A model generated the notes under the pieces. It saw nothing but the letters and a program-made list of their open reading frames with translations, was not told where the DNA came from and did not search any database. From an uncultured cyanobacterium (GTDB taxonomy: Bacteria > Cyanobacteriota > Cyanobacteriia > Cyanobacteriales > Nostocaceae): a DNA stretch of 64,000 nt. A program made the position numbers and the translations under genes. The stretch spans positions 1,024,001 to 1,088,000 of the forward strand of contig OY970166.1 in NCBI GenBank assembly GCA_963706595.1. The letters run 5' to 3'. Each line of letters starts with the position of its first letter. The first letter of the stretch is position 1. Of this stretch, positions 1 through 10,213 are shown piece after piece.

Positions 1-27
1 ATGTCTATGTTGATCAGGAGTAATTGA

Positions 28-363
28 GTGCAAAAACTACTAATATTGTTAACGGTGACAATTTTTTTATTATTCAATAATTTTAGTTCTCCTGCAATCG
101 CCGCACAAACAAATCATGGCGCAGAACTTTTTAGTATTCATTGTGCAGGTTGTCATATCAACGGTGGTAACATCATCCGTCGGGGGAAAAACTTAAAAAA
201 ACCAGCCCTAAAAAAATATGGCATGGACACCATAGAGGCAGTTACAGGTATAATTACTAATGGTAAAAATAATATGTCAGCCTACAAAGACCGCCTGACA
301 ACACCGGAAATTCAAGAAGTTGCGGCTTATGTCCTTGAACAAGCCGAAATAGGTTGGCGTTAG
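28..363 (+). CDS. petJ: cytochrome c6 family protein (c6-like/PetJ2-type paralogue)
   Basis: Signal peptide, CAGCH haem motif, GKNNMSAY axial Met, GWR C-terminus. GTG start. Confidence 0.85.
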   Translation: MQKLLILLTVTIFLLFNNFSSPAIAAQTNHGAELFSIHCAGCHINGGNIIRRGKNLKKPALKKYGMDTIEAVTGIITNGKNNMSAYKDRLTTPEIQEVAAYVLEQAEIGWR

Positions 364-419
364 ATACAGCACTTGGCGACGAATATCGGCGATCACCAAA
401 ACTAACAGGAGTTTCTCGT

Positions 420-878
420 ATGCAATCTAGCACTACCCCCCAAACTAGCCTTGTACCCGGAAACCTGCGTTGTGTGCATCATATTGCTCTCAATGTCCAA
501 GATATGCAAGCTTCACGGTATTTTTACGGTACTGTTTTAGGTTTGCATGAACTGACAGGCGATGAAGTACCAGCCACCTTGATAGAACTTGTGGCTACAG
601 GGAAAGTTGCCAATTTTGTTACCCCCGATGGCACAATTTTGGATTTATTTTGGGAACCGGAATTATCACCACCAGATCCCAATCCCGAAAAGACATTTAC
701 CAGAGCATATCATCTGGCCTTTGATATAGATCCGCGATTATTTGAGTCAGCCGTGGCAGTCCTGAGAGAAAATGAGATTGCGATCGCACACGGTCCAGTA
801 ACTCGTCCGACCGGGAGAGGTGTGTACTTTTATGATCCCGATGGCTTAATGCTGGAAATTCGTTGCAATCCAGAATAA
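420..878 (+). CDS. VOC/glyoxalase family protein
   Basis: HHIALNV, YHLAF and YFYDPDG..LEI motifs. ATG at 420 preferred to the upstream TTG. Confidence 0.85.
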   Translation: MQSSTTPQTSLVPGNLRCVHHIALNVQDMQASRYFYGTVLGLHELTGDEVPATLIELVATGKVANFVTPDGTILDLFWEPELSPPDPNPEKTFTRAYHLAFDIDPRLFESAVAVLRENEIAIAHGPVTRPTGRGVYFYDPDGLMLEIRCNPE

Positions 879-936
879 CATCCAAATTCTCCCCTCTCCT
901 TAGCAAGGAGAGGGGCTGGGGGTGAGGTTATCTATT

Positions 937-1551
937 TTATTGGGAAGATGTATTTGGATTTAACATCGTAGTTGGTGGAGAAGTGAGATTCAAGAAAGTG
1001 ATCAGTTTGAGAGTACGACTTTTAATTTTCCAATGCCCATTGACTTTGACGACTTCATCCTCATAAGTACCATTAGCTATATCAATGCTGGTGTCCGAAC
1101 GTTTGTGAGTTGCATGGAGGTAAGAAGACATATTTCCTTCGTTCCCTTGAACTGAGATATTTATCGTCCCAATCAGATGTTGAGTAGCCTGATAGCCATT
1201 ATTTTGAAATACGGAAGCCACGAAATCCGCCCATGCATCCGTTCCGATCAGAGTTTGACTAACGCCATCAGGAAAAACTGCTGTAATAACTGCATTCTGA
1301 GTAAAACAATCTCGATAAATATTCTTTCCTTCTAAAACATTTCCGCTACCAATAGCGTCAGTTCCCAGGGCGTAACAAGTTGTTAATTTTTGAAGTTCCA
1401 ATTGCGCGTTCGGTTGAGTTGCATTTGCTGGCTCAAACCTACCCCCAATCAACAACACAAAAGTAATTGCTAGGGCGATTAAGGTGACACGATGCAACAA
1501 AAGTGAGATAAATTTTGAAAATGTGCGCCTGTTTTCTCTTCTGATTTCCAT
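937..1551 (-). CDS. SnoaL/NTF2-like family protein with N-terminal signal or anchor
   Basis: TQHLIG and GTYEDEVVKVNGHWKIKSR, typical of SnoaL_4-like folds. Confidence 0.75.
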   Translation of the reverse strand: MEIRRENRRTFSKFISLLLHRVTLIALAITFVLLIGGRFEPANATQPNAQLELQKLTTCYALGTDAIGSGNVLEGKNIYRDCFTQNAVITAVFPDGVSQTLIGTDAWADFVASVFQNNGYQATQHLIGTINISVQGNEGNMSSYLHATHKRSDTSIDIANGTYEDEVVKVNGHWKIKSRTLKLITFLNLTSPPTTMLNPNTSSQ

Positions 1552-1802
1552 GAAATGACTTCCTGATTTTTGCTATGCTTGGATCTTGACTTTGAGGTAA
1601 ACTAAAACATCAAAAAGTTTTAGCTCATAAAAATGGGTTAATCAGATTAACCTCAATCCGGTATTTTACTTTTACAGAAAATAATTCTGCGAGTACAAGA
1701 CTTGTACACTGACTTGTTTATAACAGGTATAGAGATAATTTGTAACTGTTAAATAAAACTAATTTAAGATAAATTTTTAATTTTGCTCGCCTGATTTATA
1801 GA

Positions 1803-1909
1803 TATAGCGGTATGCACTTCAATAAAGTACATTATAGCCCTCTCCTCGCTTGCACCGGAGGGGGTTGGGGGTGGGGTTCTTGTATCTCACATAACTGATA
1901 ACCGCTATA
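1803..1909. mobile_element. MITE-like element with TATAGCGGT/ACCGCTATA ends carrying the G-rich dispersed palindrome
   Basis: Terminal inverted repeats seen directly. The internal CCCTCTCCTCGCTTGC..GGAGGGGGTTGGGGGTGGGG is shared with many copies in the window. Confidence 0.65.
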
Positions 1910-1919
1910 GAATATAAAC

Positions 1920-4900
1920 TTATATAGGAATAGAAATAATAAATTCCGTGCCTTCTCCTAAAACTGATTCACAGGTAAAACTACCATCGTGCTTTTCTTC
2001 TATAATTTTTTGACTGATAGATAATCCTAATCCTGTACCTTGTCCGACAGCTTTAGTAGTAAATAAATGATCAAAAATACATGATTTTACTTCTTCTGTC
2101 ATTCCTTTACCATTATCTTTGATCTTAATAATTAAATTTTTATGATTGTGAGATAATTTAGTATGAATTGTGATCATTTGAGCAGGTTTAGCTTGGTTCT
2201 CTGCATAAGTACAACCATTAGCTACTTCATCTAAAGCGTCAATAGCATTTGCTAATATATTCATAAATACCTGATTTAATTGTCCTAAATAGCATTTTAC
2301 TTTGGGAATATTTCCGTATTCTTTAATAATTTGAATAGCCGGACGATGTTGATTCGCTTTGAGGCGATGTTGTAAAATCAACAAAGTGCTATCAAGTCCT
2401 TCGTGGATATTGGCTAATAATTTAGATGTAGTATCAGCACGGGAAAAAGTACGCAGAGAAGTGCTGATGTTGCGGATACGTTGTGTACTCAATTTCATAC
2501 TATCAATCATCTTTGGTAAATCTGCTATCAGGTAATTTATATCTATTTCTTCGGCTTTTTCGGCAATTTCTGCCCCAGGATTCGGAAATTTTTCTTGGTA
2601 CATTTCTAGATAACTGATTAAATCAGTTACAGCATCTTTGGCTTGTACGATACTACCTGAAATAAACCCCACGGGGTTATTAATTTCGTGTGCTACCCCA
2701 GCAACTAAATTTCCCAGAGAAGACATTTTTTCACTTTGCATCAGTTGGATTTGTGTTGCTTGTAAATCTTTGAGCGATTGTTCTAATTGTCGAGATTTAT
2801 CTTGTTCTCTAGTATATAAGCGGGCATTTTCTATAGCACTCGCCATTTGAAAAACTAAAATTTTTAATACTTCTACCCTTTCTGGAAGAAAAGCTCCTAC
2901 TGTTAACTGATTTTCTAAGTAAATAATGCCTGTAAGCTGTGATTGATAAATAATCGGTAAACAAAAAATTGATTTAGATTGAAATTTCTCAACATAGCTA
3001 TCAACATTAAATGGTTCAGCCACTGTCGCGTCATTTAAGACAAGACTTTTCTGCGTTCTCAAAACGTAATTCACAACAGAAAGAGGTAAATATTGGGAGT
3101 TTTCAATAGGAATAGATTGTAAAACAATTACCTCATGATTAAACGCAGCACCAGAGGCTTCTATGTAAAGTTGATTATCTTTATATAGCAATAGCAATAC
3201 TTTCTGTGCGGCGGCATTTTGGAGTAAAATTTTGATTAACTTCGTCAGGAGATTTTCTAAGACGATTTCATTAGTAATCGCTTGAGAAAACTTGATAAAT
3301 GTCTTAAAATCTAGGACAGCACTAAAACCACTGCTGGTAGTAGTTTTAGTAGCAATGTGAGTCAAATCTGACTTGAAGGTAGAAGTTTCGGTATTGCTTG
3401 TTTGTTTAACTAGGAAATCATACTTTGATTCTAAGTGTTTAACTTTAGCGATCGCACCCCAACGAATATATGTATAATAGGCTTTAGTTATATAAGTTTG
3501 TTTAATTAATTCCTTGCCTAAAGCTTGATAAAAAACTCCAGCTAACTCATAGGCTAAGGCTTCTTCTTGGAGATAACCATTTTCCTGTGCTTGAGCAATA
3601 GCATTGTCATAGTATTCCATTGCTGCCAGTTTTTCACCCAAAACTCGATATCTTTCAGCCTCCACCAGATAAAATTTGTGTAAGTGATTCATGGGGGCGT
3701 GAGTAGCCCAGAGTTTCATTTTTTGCTGATTAGCTGCTACTTTTTCCAGAATAGAATTTTGCTCAGACTCTTGAGCAGTACCATAAATAGCTAGTTGGGC
3801 TAAAGAATCGTAAAAATAAAATAGAGGGACAACAAATAACCCTGTGACTCCACCTAAAGATTGTTCTGCCATTGCTGCATTTTCCACAGATTGATAGTAC
3901 TCTCCAAACAGATAAGAGAGCATCAGCTTATTAATAAATAAATGATTAATTGTGTAAAGGTCGTTAAATTTCTGATGAATTGGGAGCATATTTTGCTCAT
4001 TGTATGCTTCTCCTAATAAACAGGTGACATTTTCGGGATTAGTTTTCAAATTTATCACTGTTTGTAAATAGATGTGATTCCAAGTTAAAGCTACTTGTTG
4101 CTTAATTCTTTTGAGTGAATCACAGTAAGCAACCAGTTCCTTCTCTAACCCCCAAATTTCTTTACCTAGCCAAAATGAATGACAAGGATAAATATAACCA
4201 CAATAGCCAGCGTATTCTAAATCTCCAGTTTCCAAACCGCAAACATAGCCAGTTTTAGATGTTGAAAATGTTTCTCTAATATGTTCTTTCCAATGCAAAA
4301 CATGGGCGCTAATAACTGTGAGAATCTTCGCTTTGAGTTCTGTGGCGTTAAATTGTGATACCAGACTGAAAGCCAATTTCCCAAAATCATAGCCAGAATC
4401 AATTTTTCCTTGAACTCCGCACAGAATTAAGCCATAAAGACTATAACCATAAGCAGATACGGCTGTATTACCATATTTTAAAGATAAATTCACCATTTCA
4501 CAGGCAATAATTGGCATGATTGCTGGAGCAGTTTGAAAAGCCGCAGGGAGAACTCCCATTAAAATTTTCATTGCGGCTATCTGGTTAGGGTCAGTCATTA
4601 ATGGTAAATTAATTAAATCTGCGATTGCTTGACCTTCTAAATCATTAGCAGTTCCATCCATTCTTTGCTGAATATCAGTAGCAGTAGGCTGATTAGGCAG
4701 ATATATCCCCAATAATTGCAGAACTAATAGTGCAGTCTGGATAGCCTCTAATTGTTTGTTCTGGACTGTAGAAGCGACAATTTTAACTTCGTAAACTTTG
4801 ACTTTATCTAATAAAGTTTTGGCTTGTTGCAACACCAATTCAGCCCATTGCTGCATCTGCTCAAAGTTACCACTGAGATAGGCTAACTCTGCTGCGCCAT

Positions 4901-7334
4901 TATATAAACCAAGAGTTAATTTGTATTCAGTTTGCCAAGCATCTTCACTTAAAAGTTTGATCCCAGTTTCCAAGTATTTCAGCGCCGCTTCGTAAGCTGT
5001 AGAAGCTTTGGCTTTACATCCAGCCATTAAATTTAGTCGGGCTAATTCAGTTTTTTCAGATTTATTAACTAGGTAAACAATACCGATATTTAACTGATTT
5101 ACAAGATCAAAAATATGGGTTTCTATTTCCTCTTTAGGTGTATTTTTTAAAAGTAACTCACCTATTTTGAAATGAGTCAGTTTTTTTTGAGATTCAGGAA
5201 TTAAGGAATAAGCAGCTTGTTGCACTCTGTCATGTAAAAATTTATAACCTACCCGCGAACTATCAAAATTTAAATTAACTGCTTCTGCTTGATTAAATAC
5301 TAAAGGAATGCGGTAAGCCTCATTTAAAGGCAAGATTAATCCTGCTTGCAAAGCTGAGTACAAATTATTTGCAGTCAAAGAAGACGATTTTTCATAAATA
5401 ATTGATAAAACATCTAAATTAAAACTGTCACCCACACAGGCTGCTAATTTCAAAACATCTTGGGTAACTTTTGGTAGCTTCTTCAACCGACTAGCAACCA
5501 GTTCAACTACATTTTTATCGGTAATGCCAATTGCTTGAATTTCTGCTAAACTCCATTGCCATTGAGCAGCTTTAAAGTCAAAGTGTAAGAGCTTTTCTTG
5601 ATAAAGTACCTGAAGTAGTTGGGTAATAAAGAATGGGTTCCCGCCTGTTTTATTACAAATTAATTCAGCTAATTCAATCAGGTTTTTATGATTTTCTTGA
5701 CCAGTATTAACAATTAAGTCCCTTTCTTGTGTGGTTTCAGCAATTAACTGAGTCACATTCTCTAAATCCAAAGGCTGCAAGACAATAGTATTAACGACTG
5801 CGCCAGCATCTTTAATTTCTGCTATAGTTTGAATTAATGGATGTGCCGAACTGACTTCATTATCCCGATAGGCTCCAATTAATAATAAATGTTTACTGTT
5901 AGCATCGTTCATTAATATTTGGACTAAATTTAATGTAGCAGCATCTGCCCATTGCAAATCATCTAAAAATATCACTAAAGGGTGTTCTTTTTCAGTAAAG
6001 ACTTTAATAAATTTCTCAAAAACACGATGGAAACGATTTTGCGATTCCGTTGCGCCAAGTTGAGGAAGTTCCGGCTGTTTATCGATAATTAATTCCACTT
6101 CCGGAATGACATCAATAATTACTTGTCCATTACTTCCTAGCGCTGCCAAAATTTTATTGCGCCATGCTTCTATTTTCTGATTATTCTCTGTTAATAAGCA
6201 ACGGATTAAGTCAGTAAAAGCCTGAATTAAAGCAGCATAGGGAACATTGCGCTTTAATTGGTCAAATTTCCCTGAAATAAAATAACCTTGCTGGCGGGTA
6301 ATTGGTTTACTAACTTCATTAACCAGTGCCGATTTACCAATACCGGAATAACCAGACACTAGCATGATTTCGCTAGTTCCAAATGTAACGTTTTCAAATG
6401 CGGCTAAAAGTTGTTTAACTTGTTGCTCACGTCCATATAATTTTTGTGGAATTAATAGCTGACTTAATACATCTAAGTGTCCGGGAACAAAGTTAATAAT
6501 TTCACCAGCATTTTTCAAATGATGAAGACATAACTCTAAATCTGCTAATAATCCTGTTGCACTTTGATATCTATCTTCCGCATTTTTCGCCATCAACTTC
6601 ATCACAATAGCTGAGATGTTGGTAGGTATTTGTGGATTTAATGACTGTGGGTTTATGGCTGTAACAGCAATATGACTGTAAACTATTTCTAAGGGGTCTT
6701 CGCTAAAAAATGGAATTTTCCCAGTGAGCATTTCATATAAGGTAACACCCAGAGAATAAAAATCACTACGATAATCAAGAACTCGGTTCATTCTCCCGGT
6801 TTGTTCAGGAGACATATAGGCAAGTGTACCTTCAACACAATTGGGGTTAGTAAATTGGGGATTTTCTTGATTAAGGCGGGAAGCTATACCAAAATCAGTG
6901 AGTTTAACCAGATATGTTTGCGAATTAATAATAATATTACTGGGCTTAATATCCTTATGAATAATCTGATTTTTATGTAAATAATCTAAAGCTTGAGTTA
7001 TTTGAATAGCTATATTTAAATGGTTAACTAAAGTGAGTTTTTTGACTTGGAGGATTTGTGCTAAAGACTGACCCCCAAAGTCTTCTAACAATAATCCCAT
7101 GCGATGCTCGAATGTTTCCAGGCTGATGGCTTTAACTATATGGGGATGTTCTAAACCTTGCTGAATTTGATACTCATTTTTCAGGTGGGTAAAGGCTTCT
7201 AGGGTGGGGTATTCATTTTTCAGAACTTTGAGAATAACTGGCTGTTGCGTGTTGGGTATTTGTGTTTGATAGATAATAGTCTGACTTCCTTCGTGGAGAG
7301 TGGAGTTGATTTGGTATCCAGTAAGGTTTAACAT
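1920..7334 (-). CDS. Ser/Thr kinase - AAA ATPase - GAF - histidine kinase multidomain sensor (HstK/Pkn type)
   Basis: HKDIKPSN and DFG kinase motifs, GYSGIGKS Walker A, GAF region, AHEINNP H-box, GTGLGL G2 box. Confidence 0.93.
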   Translation of the reverse strand: MLNLTGYQINSTLHEGSQTIIYQTQIPNTQQPVILKVLKNEYPTLEAFTHLKNEYQIQQGLEHPHIVKAISLETFEHRMGLLLEDFGGQSLAQILQVKKLTLVNHLNIAIQITQALDYLHKNQIIHKDIKPSNIIINSQTYLVKLTDFGIASRLNQENPQFTNPNCVEGTLAYMSPEQTGRMNRVLDYRSDFYSLGVTLYEMLTGKIPFFSEDPLEIVYSHIAVTAINPQSLNPQIPTNISAIVMKLMAKNAEDRYQSATGLLADLELCLHHLKNAGEIINFVPGHLDVLSQLLIPQKLYGREQQVKQLLAAFENVTFGTSEIMLVSGYSGIGKSALVNEVSKPITRQQGYFISGKFDQLKRNVPYAALIQAFTDLIRCLLTENNQKIEAWRNKILAALGSNGQVIIDVIPEVELIIDKQPELPQLGATESQNRFHRVFEKFIKVFTEKEHPLVIFLDDLQWADAATLNLVQILMNDANSKHLLLIGAYRDNEVSSAHPLIQTIAEIKDAGAVVNTIVLQPLDLENVTQLIAETTQERDLIVNTGQENHKNLIELAELICNKTGGNPFFITQLLQVLYQEKLLHFDFKAAQWQWSLAEIQAIGITDKNVVELVASRLKKLPKVTQDVLKLAACVGDSFNLDVLSIIYEKSSSLTANNLYSALQAGLILPLNEAYRIPLVFNQAEAVNLNFDSSRVGYKFLHDRVQQAAYSLIPESQKKLTHFKIGELLLKNTPKEEIETHIFDLVNQLNIGIVYLVNKSEKTELARLNLMAGCKAKASTAYEAALKYLETGIKLLSEDAWQTEYKLTLGLYNGAAELAYLSGNFEQMQQWAELVLQQAKTLLDKVKVYEVKIVASTVQNKQLEAIQTALLVLQLLGIYLPNQPTATDIQQRMDGTANDLEGQAIADLINLPLMTDPNQIAAMKILMGVLPAAFQTAPAIMPIIACEMVNLSLKYGNTAVSAYGYSLYGLILCGVQGKIDSGYDFGKLAFSLVSQFNATELKAKILTVISAHVLHWKEHIRETFSTSKTGYVCGLETGDLEYAGYCGYIYPCHSFWLGKEIWGLEKELVAYCDSLKRIKQQVALTWNHIYLQTVINLKTNPENVTCLLGEAYNEQNMLPIHQKFNDLYTINHLFINKLMLSYLFGEYYQSVENAAMAEQSLGGVTGLFVVPLFYFYDSLAQLAIYGTAQESEQNSILEKVAANQQKMKLWATHAPMNHLHKFYLVEAERYRVLGEKLAAMEYYDNAIAQAQENGYLQEEALAYELAGVFYQALGKELIKQTYITKAYYTYIRWGAIAKVKHLESKYDFLVKQTSNTETSTFKSDLTHIATKTTTSSGFSAVLDFKTFIKFSQAITNEIVLENLLTKLIKILLQNAAAQKVLLLLYKDNQLYIEASGAAFNHEVIVLQSIPIENSQYLPLSVVNYVLRTQKSLVLNDATVAEPFNVDSYVEKFQSKSIFCLPIIYQSQLTGIIYLENQLTVGAFLPERVEVLKILVFQMASAIENARLYTREQDKSRQLEQSLKDLQATQIQLMQSEKMSSLGNLVAGVAHEINNPVGFISGSIVQAKDAVTDLISYLEMYQEKFPNPGAEIAEKAEEIDINYLIADLPKMIDSMKLSTQRIRNISTSLRTFSRADTTSKLLANIHEGLDSTLLILQHRLKANQHRPAIQIIKEYGNIPKVKCYLGQLNQVFMNILANAIDALDEVANGCTYAENQAKPAQMITIHTKLSHNHKNLIIKIKDNGKGMTEEVKSCIFDHLFTTKAVGQGTGLGLSISQKIIEEKHDGSFTCESVLGEGTEFIISIPI

Positions 7335-7623
7335 TGCTGTTTAACTATAAACTTACAAAAATCCCCCTACCTCAATGGGAAAGGGGTGATGGTTTCATTA
7401 TTCCCAATATCAAGGGATTATTATCATTTTATAGCGATCGCACTCAGCCCAGGGATCAATACGGTTCAGTTCAGGGTCAATTCGCTCAAAAAAACCCAAA
7501 TCAAAGAATTAAACATCTTGACTTCTCGGCGGTTAATTCTTCAAATTTCACCGTATTAGCTCTAAAATTAGAAATATCATTGCCTGACCGCAGGATAATT
7601 AGCCGACCTGTACGAGACTGAAA

Positions 7624-7743
7624 TTAACCAAAGATTGCGCCATTCCCACCCCACATTGTACATTTAGCATCGGTAAATTCTCTATCTCTATAAATCCGAT
7701 TTTCTGGTACACCCAAATTTTGGTTAATTTGTTGACAAAAGTC
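7624..7743 (-). pseudogene. diverged duplicate of the 3' end of the MIF/tautomerase gene
   Basis: Aligns to 9738-9851 with about 13 mismatches plus a 6-nt insertion. Translates DFCQQINQNLGVPENRIYRDREFTDAKCTMWGGNGAIFG*. Confidence 0.85.
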
Positions 7744-7816
7744 CTTTCAAGGTGAATAAAAATCATCCCCATCATAGATTCCGCCATAACCTATTACTGT
7801 GTTAAACAGCTAACCG

Positions 7817-8698
7817 TTAACTGCTCTGTACCTCAACGCTTGCTTCCGGCTCAATCTTCTCAGGGATTTGACTGAGAACCAGCGCTACTAACACCAGAAT
7901 CGCGCCAATTACACCGCGTATTCCCAGATGTTCTCCAAGTAGCCAAAAGGAGAAAATGGTCGCAAACAATGGCTCAAGTGTATAGAGTAAGGCAGTTTCC
8001 TCAGATGAAACCCATTGCTGTGCTAATGTTTGCAGCCAGATGACAGCAGCAGTCGCCAATAGCCCTAAGTAGAGAATCGCGCCCCAGTGTTGTTGAATCA
8101 CCTCAAATTGGTCAATGATTTGCGTATTATTCCAGAGTAACCCTAGCCCGGCGATGAACAAAAGTTGAACACTGGTGAGTGTTAAAGTCGGGTGACGGGA
8201 AGCGACGCGTTCTAAGAAAAGTATGTAGACTGCATAGACAAAAGCATCAATGAACATCAAAACATCGCCAATTCCTAGTTCTCCCCCTTCCCAAAACATC
8301 ACCCCAATACCCAGAACAGCTACACCAGAGGCGAGGAAAGTTCTCAATAGTACGCGCTGACCACTCAGCCATCCTAGTAGAGGGACGATGAGTGCGTTCA
8401 AACTGCCAATGAATGCCGCCCGGTTTGCTGGTATAGTTTTGAGTGCAATTGTTTCTAAAGCTAAGAAAAAGAACAGCAAAAGCCCTAAGACTGTACCATC
8501 ACGACATAAAAGTGCGTTAATATTACGTAAATTTAGGCTAAAAACGCCAGCAGCGATCACAAAGCGTGTAGCAATTAATGCGCTTGGTGCAAGGCTACCA
8601 ACGAGGTCTTTAGTCAATGGAAAAGTTGTAGCGCTAATTACATTCACAAAGATAAGCAGCATGATTCCTTTGAAATGCAGCGTATTTTTAATTTCCAT
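7817..8698 (-). CDS. DMT/EamA family transporter
   Basis: About 10 hydrophobic segments, two EamA repeats, LYTLEPLFATIFSFWLLGE motif. Confidence 0.9.
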   Translation of the reverse strand: MEIKNTLHFKGIMLLIFVNVISATTFPLTKDLVGSLAPSALIATRFVIAAGVFSLNLRNINALLCRDGTVLGLLLFFFLALETIALKTIPANRAAFIGSLNALIVPLLGWLSGQRVLLRTFLASGVAVLGIGVMFWEGGELGIGDVLMFIDAFVYAVYILFLERVASRHPTLTLTSVQLLFIAGLGLLWNNTQIIDQFEVIQQHWGAILYLGLLATAAVIWLQTLAQQWVSSEETALLYTLEPLFATIFSFWLLGEHLGIRGVIGAILVLVALVLSQIPEKIEPEASVEVQSS

Positions 8699-8870
8699 TA
8701 AACTAATTGATTGACTAATGTTTCTTTACATCCATTGAGAATGCGAAAAAGAGATAAAAAATGTTGGTTTTTTTCAGTCGAATCAGTGGCTTTTGAATTA
8801 AGCATTTTGATCAGAGGATGTGGAAAAAGTCAAACAATTTTAGATTTTAGATTTTAGATTTTAGATTTTA

Positions 8871-9033
8871 GAGGATGTTTCAAAAGTCGTAAAGTATACT
8901 AAAAACCTCACTTCCATTCCTCTCTCCTACAAGGAGAGAGGCTTTGAAACCCCCATTCCCTTGTAGGGTAGGGGGTAGGGGGGTTAGGTTTATAAAATTT
9001 TTGAGTAATAAACAATACTTTTCAAACAACCTC
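8871..9033. mobile_element. MITE with GAGGATGTTTCAAAAG/CTTTTCAAACAACCTC ends and TTA duplication (IS5/IS1031-like ends)
   Basis: TIRs and flanking TTA seen directly. Inserted in a (TTTTAGA)n tract. Confidence 0.7.
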
Positions 9034-9066
9034 TTAGATTTTAGTTCAACCCACAAATAAATCTAG

Positions 9067-9160
9067 TAGGACTTACGCACAAATTACGGAATAACGAACC
9101 ACTCCAGACGCAGAGAAAACAGAGGAATAAAGGTTTGAGAGAGTTTTTGCGTAAGTCCTG
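9067..9160. mobile_element. MITE with AGGACTTACGCA/TGCGTAAGTCCT ends
   Basis: 12-bp perfect TIR. A related element lies at 48152-48341. Confidence 0.7.
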
Positions 9161-9222
9161 TTTAGTACAGGTCGGCGGAAATATAGGAATCCGATTTAAT
9201 TTATGAAACAACCTAAGTACAG

Positions 9223-9304
9223 GTAGGGTGTGTTAGGCGTAAGCCGTAACGCACCGAAGGCCTTGGGGAAGGTGCGTTACGGATTTCATCCTAACGCACC
9301 CTAC
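9223..9304. repeat. GTAG-type REP-like doublet (GTAGGGTG...CACCCTAC)
   Basis: Two inverted palindromic units bounded by GTAG and CTAC. Related copy at 40773-40852. Confidence 0.75.
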
Positions 9305-9517
9305 TGGGGTGACAAGGCTAAAATGTTGCAATAGATTTTTGACAAAATTGAGATAAATCAATGTTTTCTGCTTTTATCTAATGCACTATTTTAAGCTTGT
9401 CAGTCCACTACTGGCGTGGCAAGGCTAAAATGTTGCAATAGATTTTTGAGAAAATTGAGATAAATCAATGTTTTCTGCTTTTTCCTAATGCACTATTTTA
9501 AGCTTGCCACGCCACTA
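9302..9517. mobile_element. two tandem 107-bp IS630-derived MITEs sharing TA junctions
   Basis: TA at 9302, 9409 and 9516 (period 107). Ends match the IS630 TIRs at 40957-42209. Confidence 0.85.
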
Positions 9518-9737
9518 CAATACCTAATCCTGTTCAAAAATCAAATAGTAATCCTATAGGACAACAATTTTAAATCAATAAAAAGCCTATTTATTGTATA
9601 GCAACCGCCAAGGCAATTAGGAGATGACAAAATTACAAACCCCAGTCACAGCCAGCATTTCACTTTTGACTTTTGACTTTTGACTTTTGACTTCCGCCTT
9701 GCGGTACTAGGGGCTAGATGATTGACACCCGAATTAA

Positions 9738-10091
9738 TTAACCAAAAGTTGCGCCATTCCAACCCCACATTGTAGCTTTAGCATCGGCAAATTCTATATA
9801 AATCCGATTTTCTGGTACGCCTAAACTTTGCTTAATCTCTTGACAAAAGTCTTGACTCATGGATTTAGTTTGGTCTGGTTTCATTGTGCCGATACTCTTA
9901 ATTTCAATATAGCAAACTGGGTCTGTAGTTCCGGCAAAGGTCATCGCCATACCCGGTTCAAAAGCTGTCATTACATAAGATTCAGGTTTACCCAGATGTT
10001 TCGCTAATTTGCTAGATAAGTTTTTCAGCATGGTCTCAACATCAGCTTTTTGGGGCGCAGATACAGAAGTTTGGACTTTAATTAAAGGCAT
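9738..10091 (-). CDS. MIF / phenylpyruvate tautomerase family protein
   Basis: N-terminal Pro (MPLIK), GKPESYVM, RIYIEF..WGWNG.TF. Confidence 0.9.
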   Translation of the reverse strand: MPLIKVQTSVSAPQKADVETMLKNLSSKLAKHLGKPESYVMTAFEPGMAMTFAGTTDPVCYIEIKSIGTMKPDQTKSMSQDFCQEIKQSLGVPENRIYIEFADAKATMWGWNGATFG

Positions 10092-10146
10092 TGTCTAAAA
10101 TTTAAATTGTGGTTTTTGTTGCTATTTTTCAGTTTATCGAATTCAT

Positions 10147-10213
10147 TCCCCACTCCCCACTCCCCACTCCCCACTCCCCACTCCCCATTCCCCATTCCCC
10201 ACTCCCCACTCCC
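10147..10213. repeat. STRR1-type heptamer tract (CCCCACT/CCCCATT)n
   Basis: About 9 tandem heptamers abutting the cobM stop codon. Confidence 0.9.

Noticed and set aside
7334..7787. ORFs 7334-7621 (+) and 7599-7787 (-)
   Set aside because: No recognisable motifs. They overlap a MITE remnant and the MIF 3' duplicate in a different frame.
9302..9517. 107-bp periodic repeats as a CRISPR-like or ncRNA array
   Set aside because: The whole unit repeats and its ends equal the IS630 TIRs, so tandem MITEs explain it.
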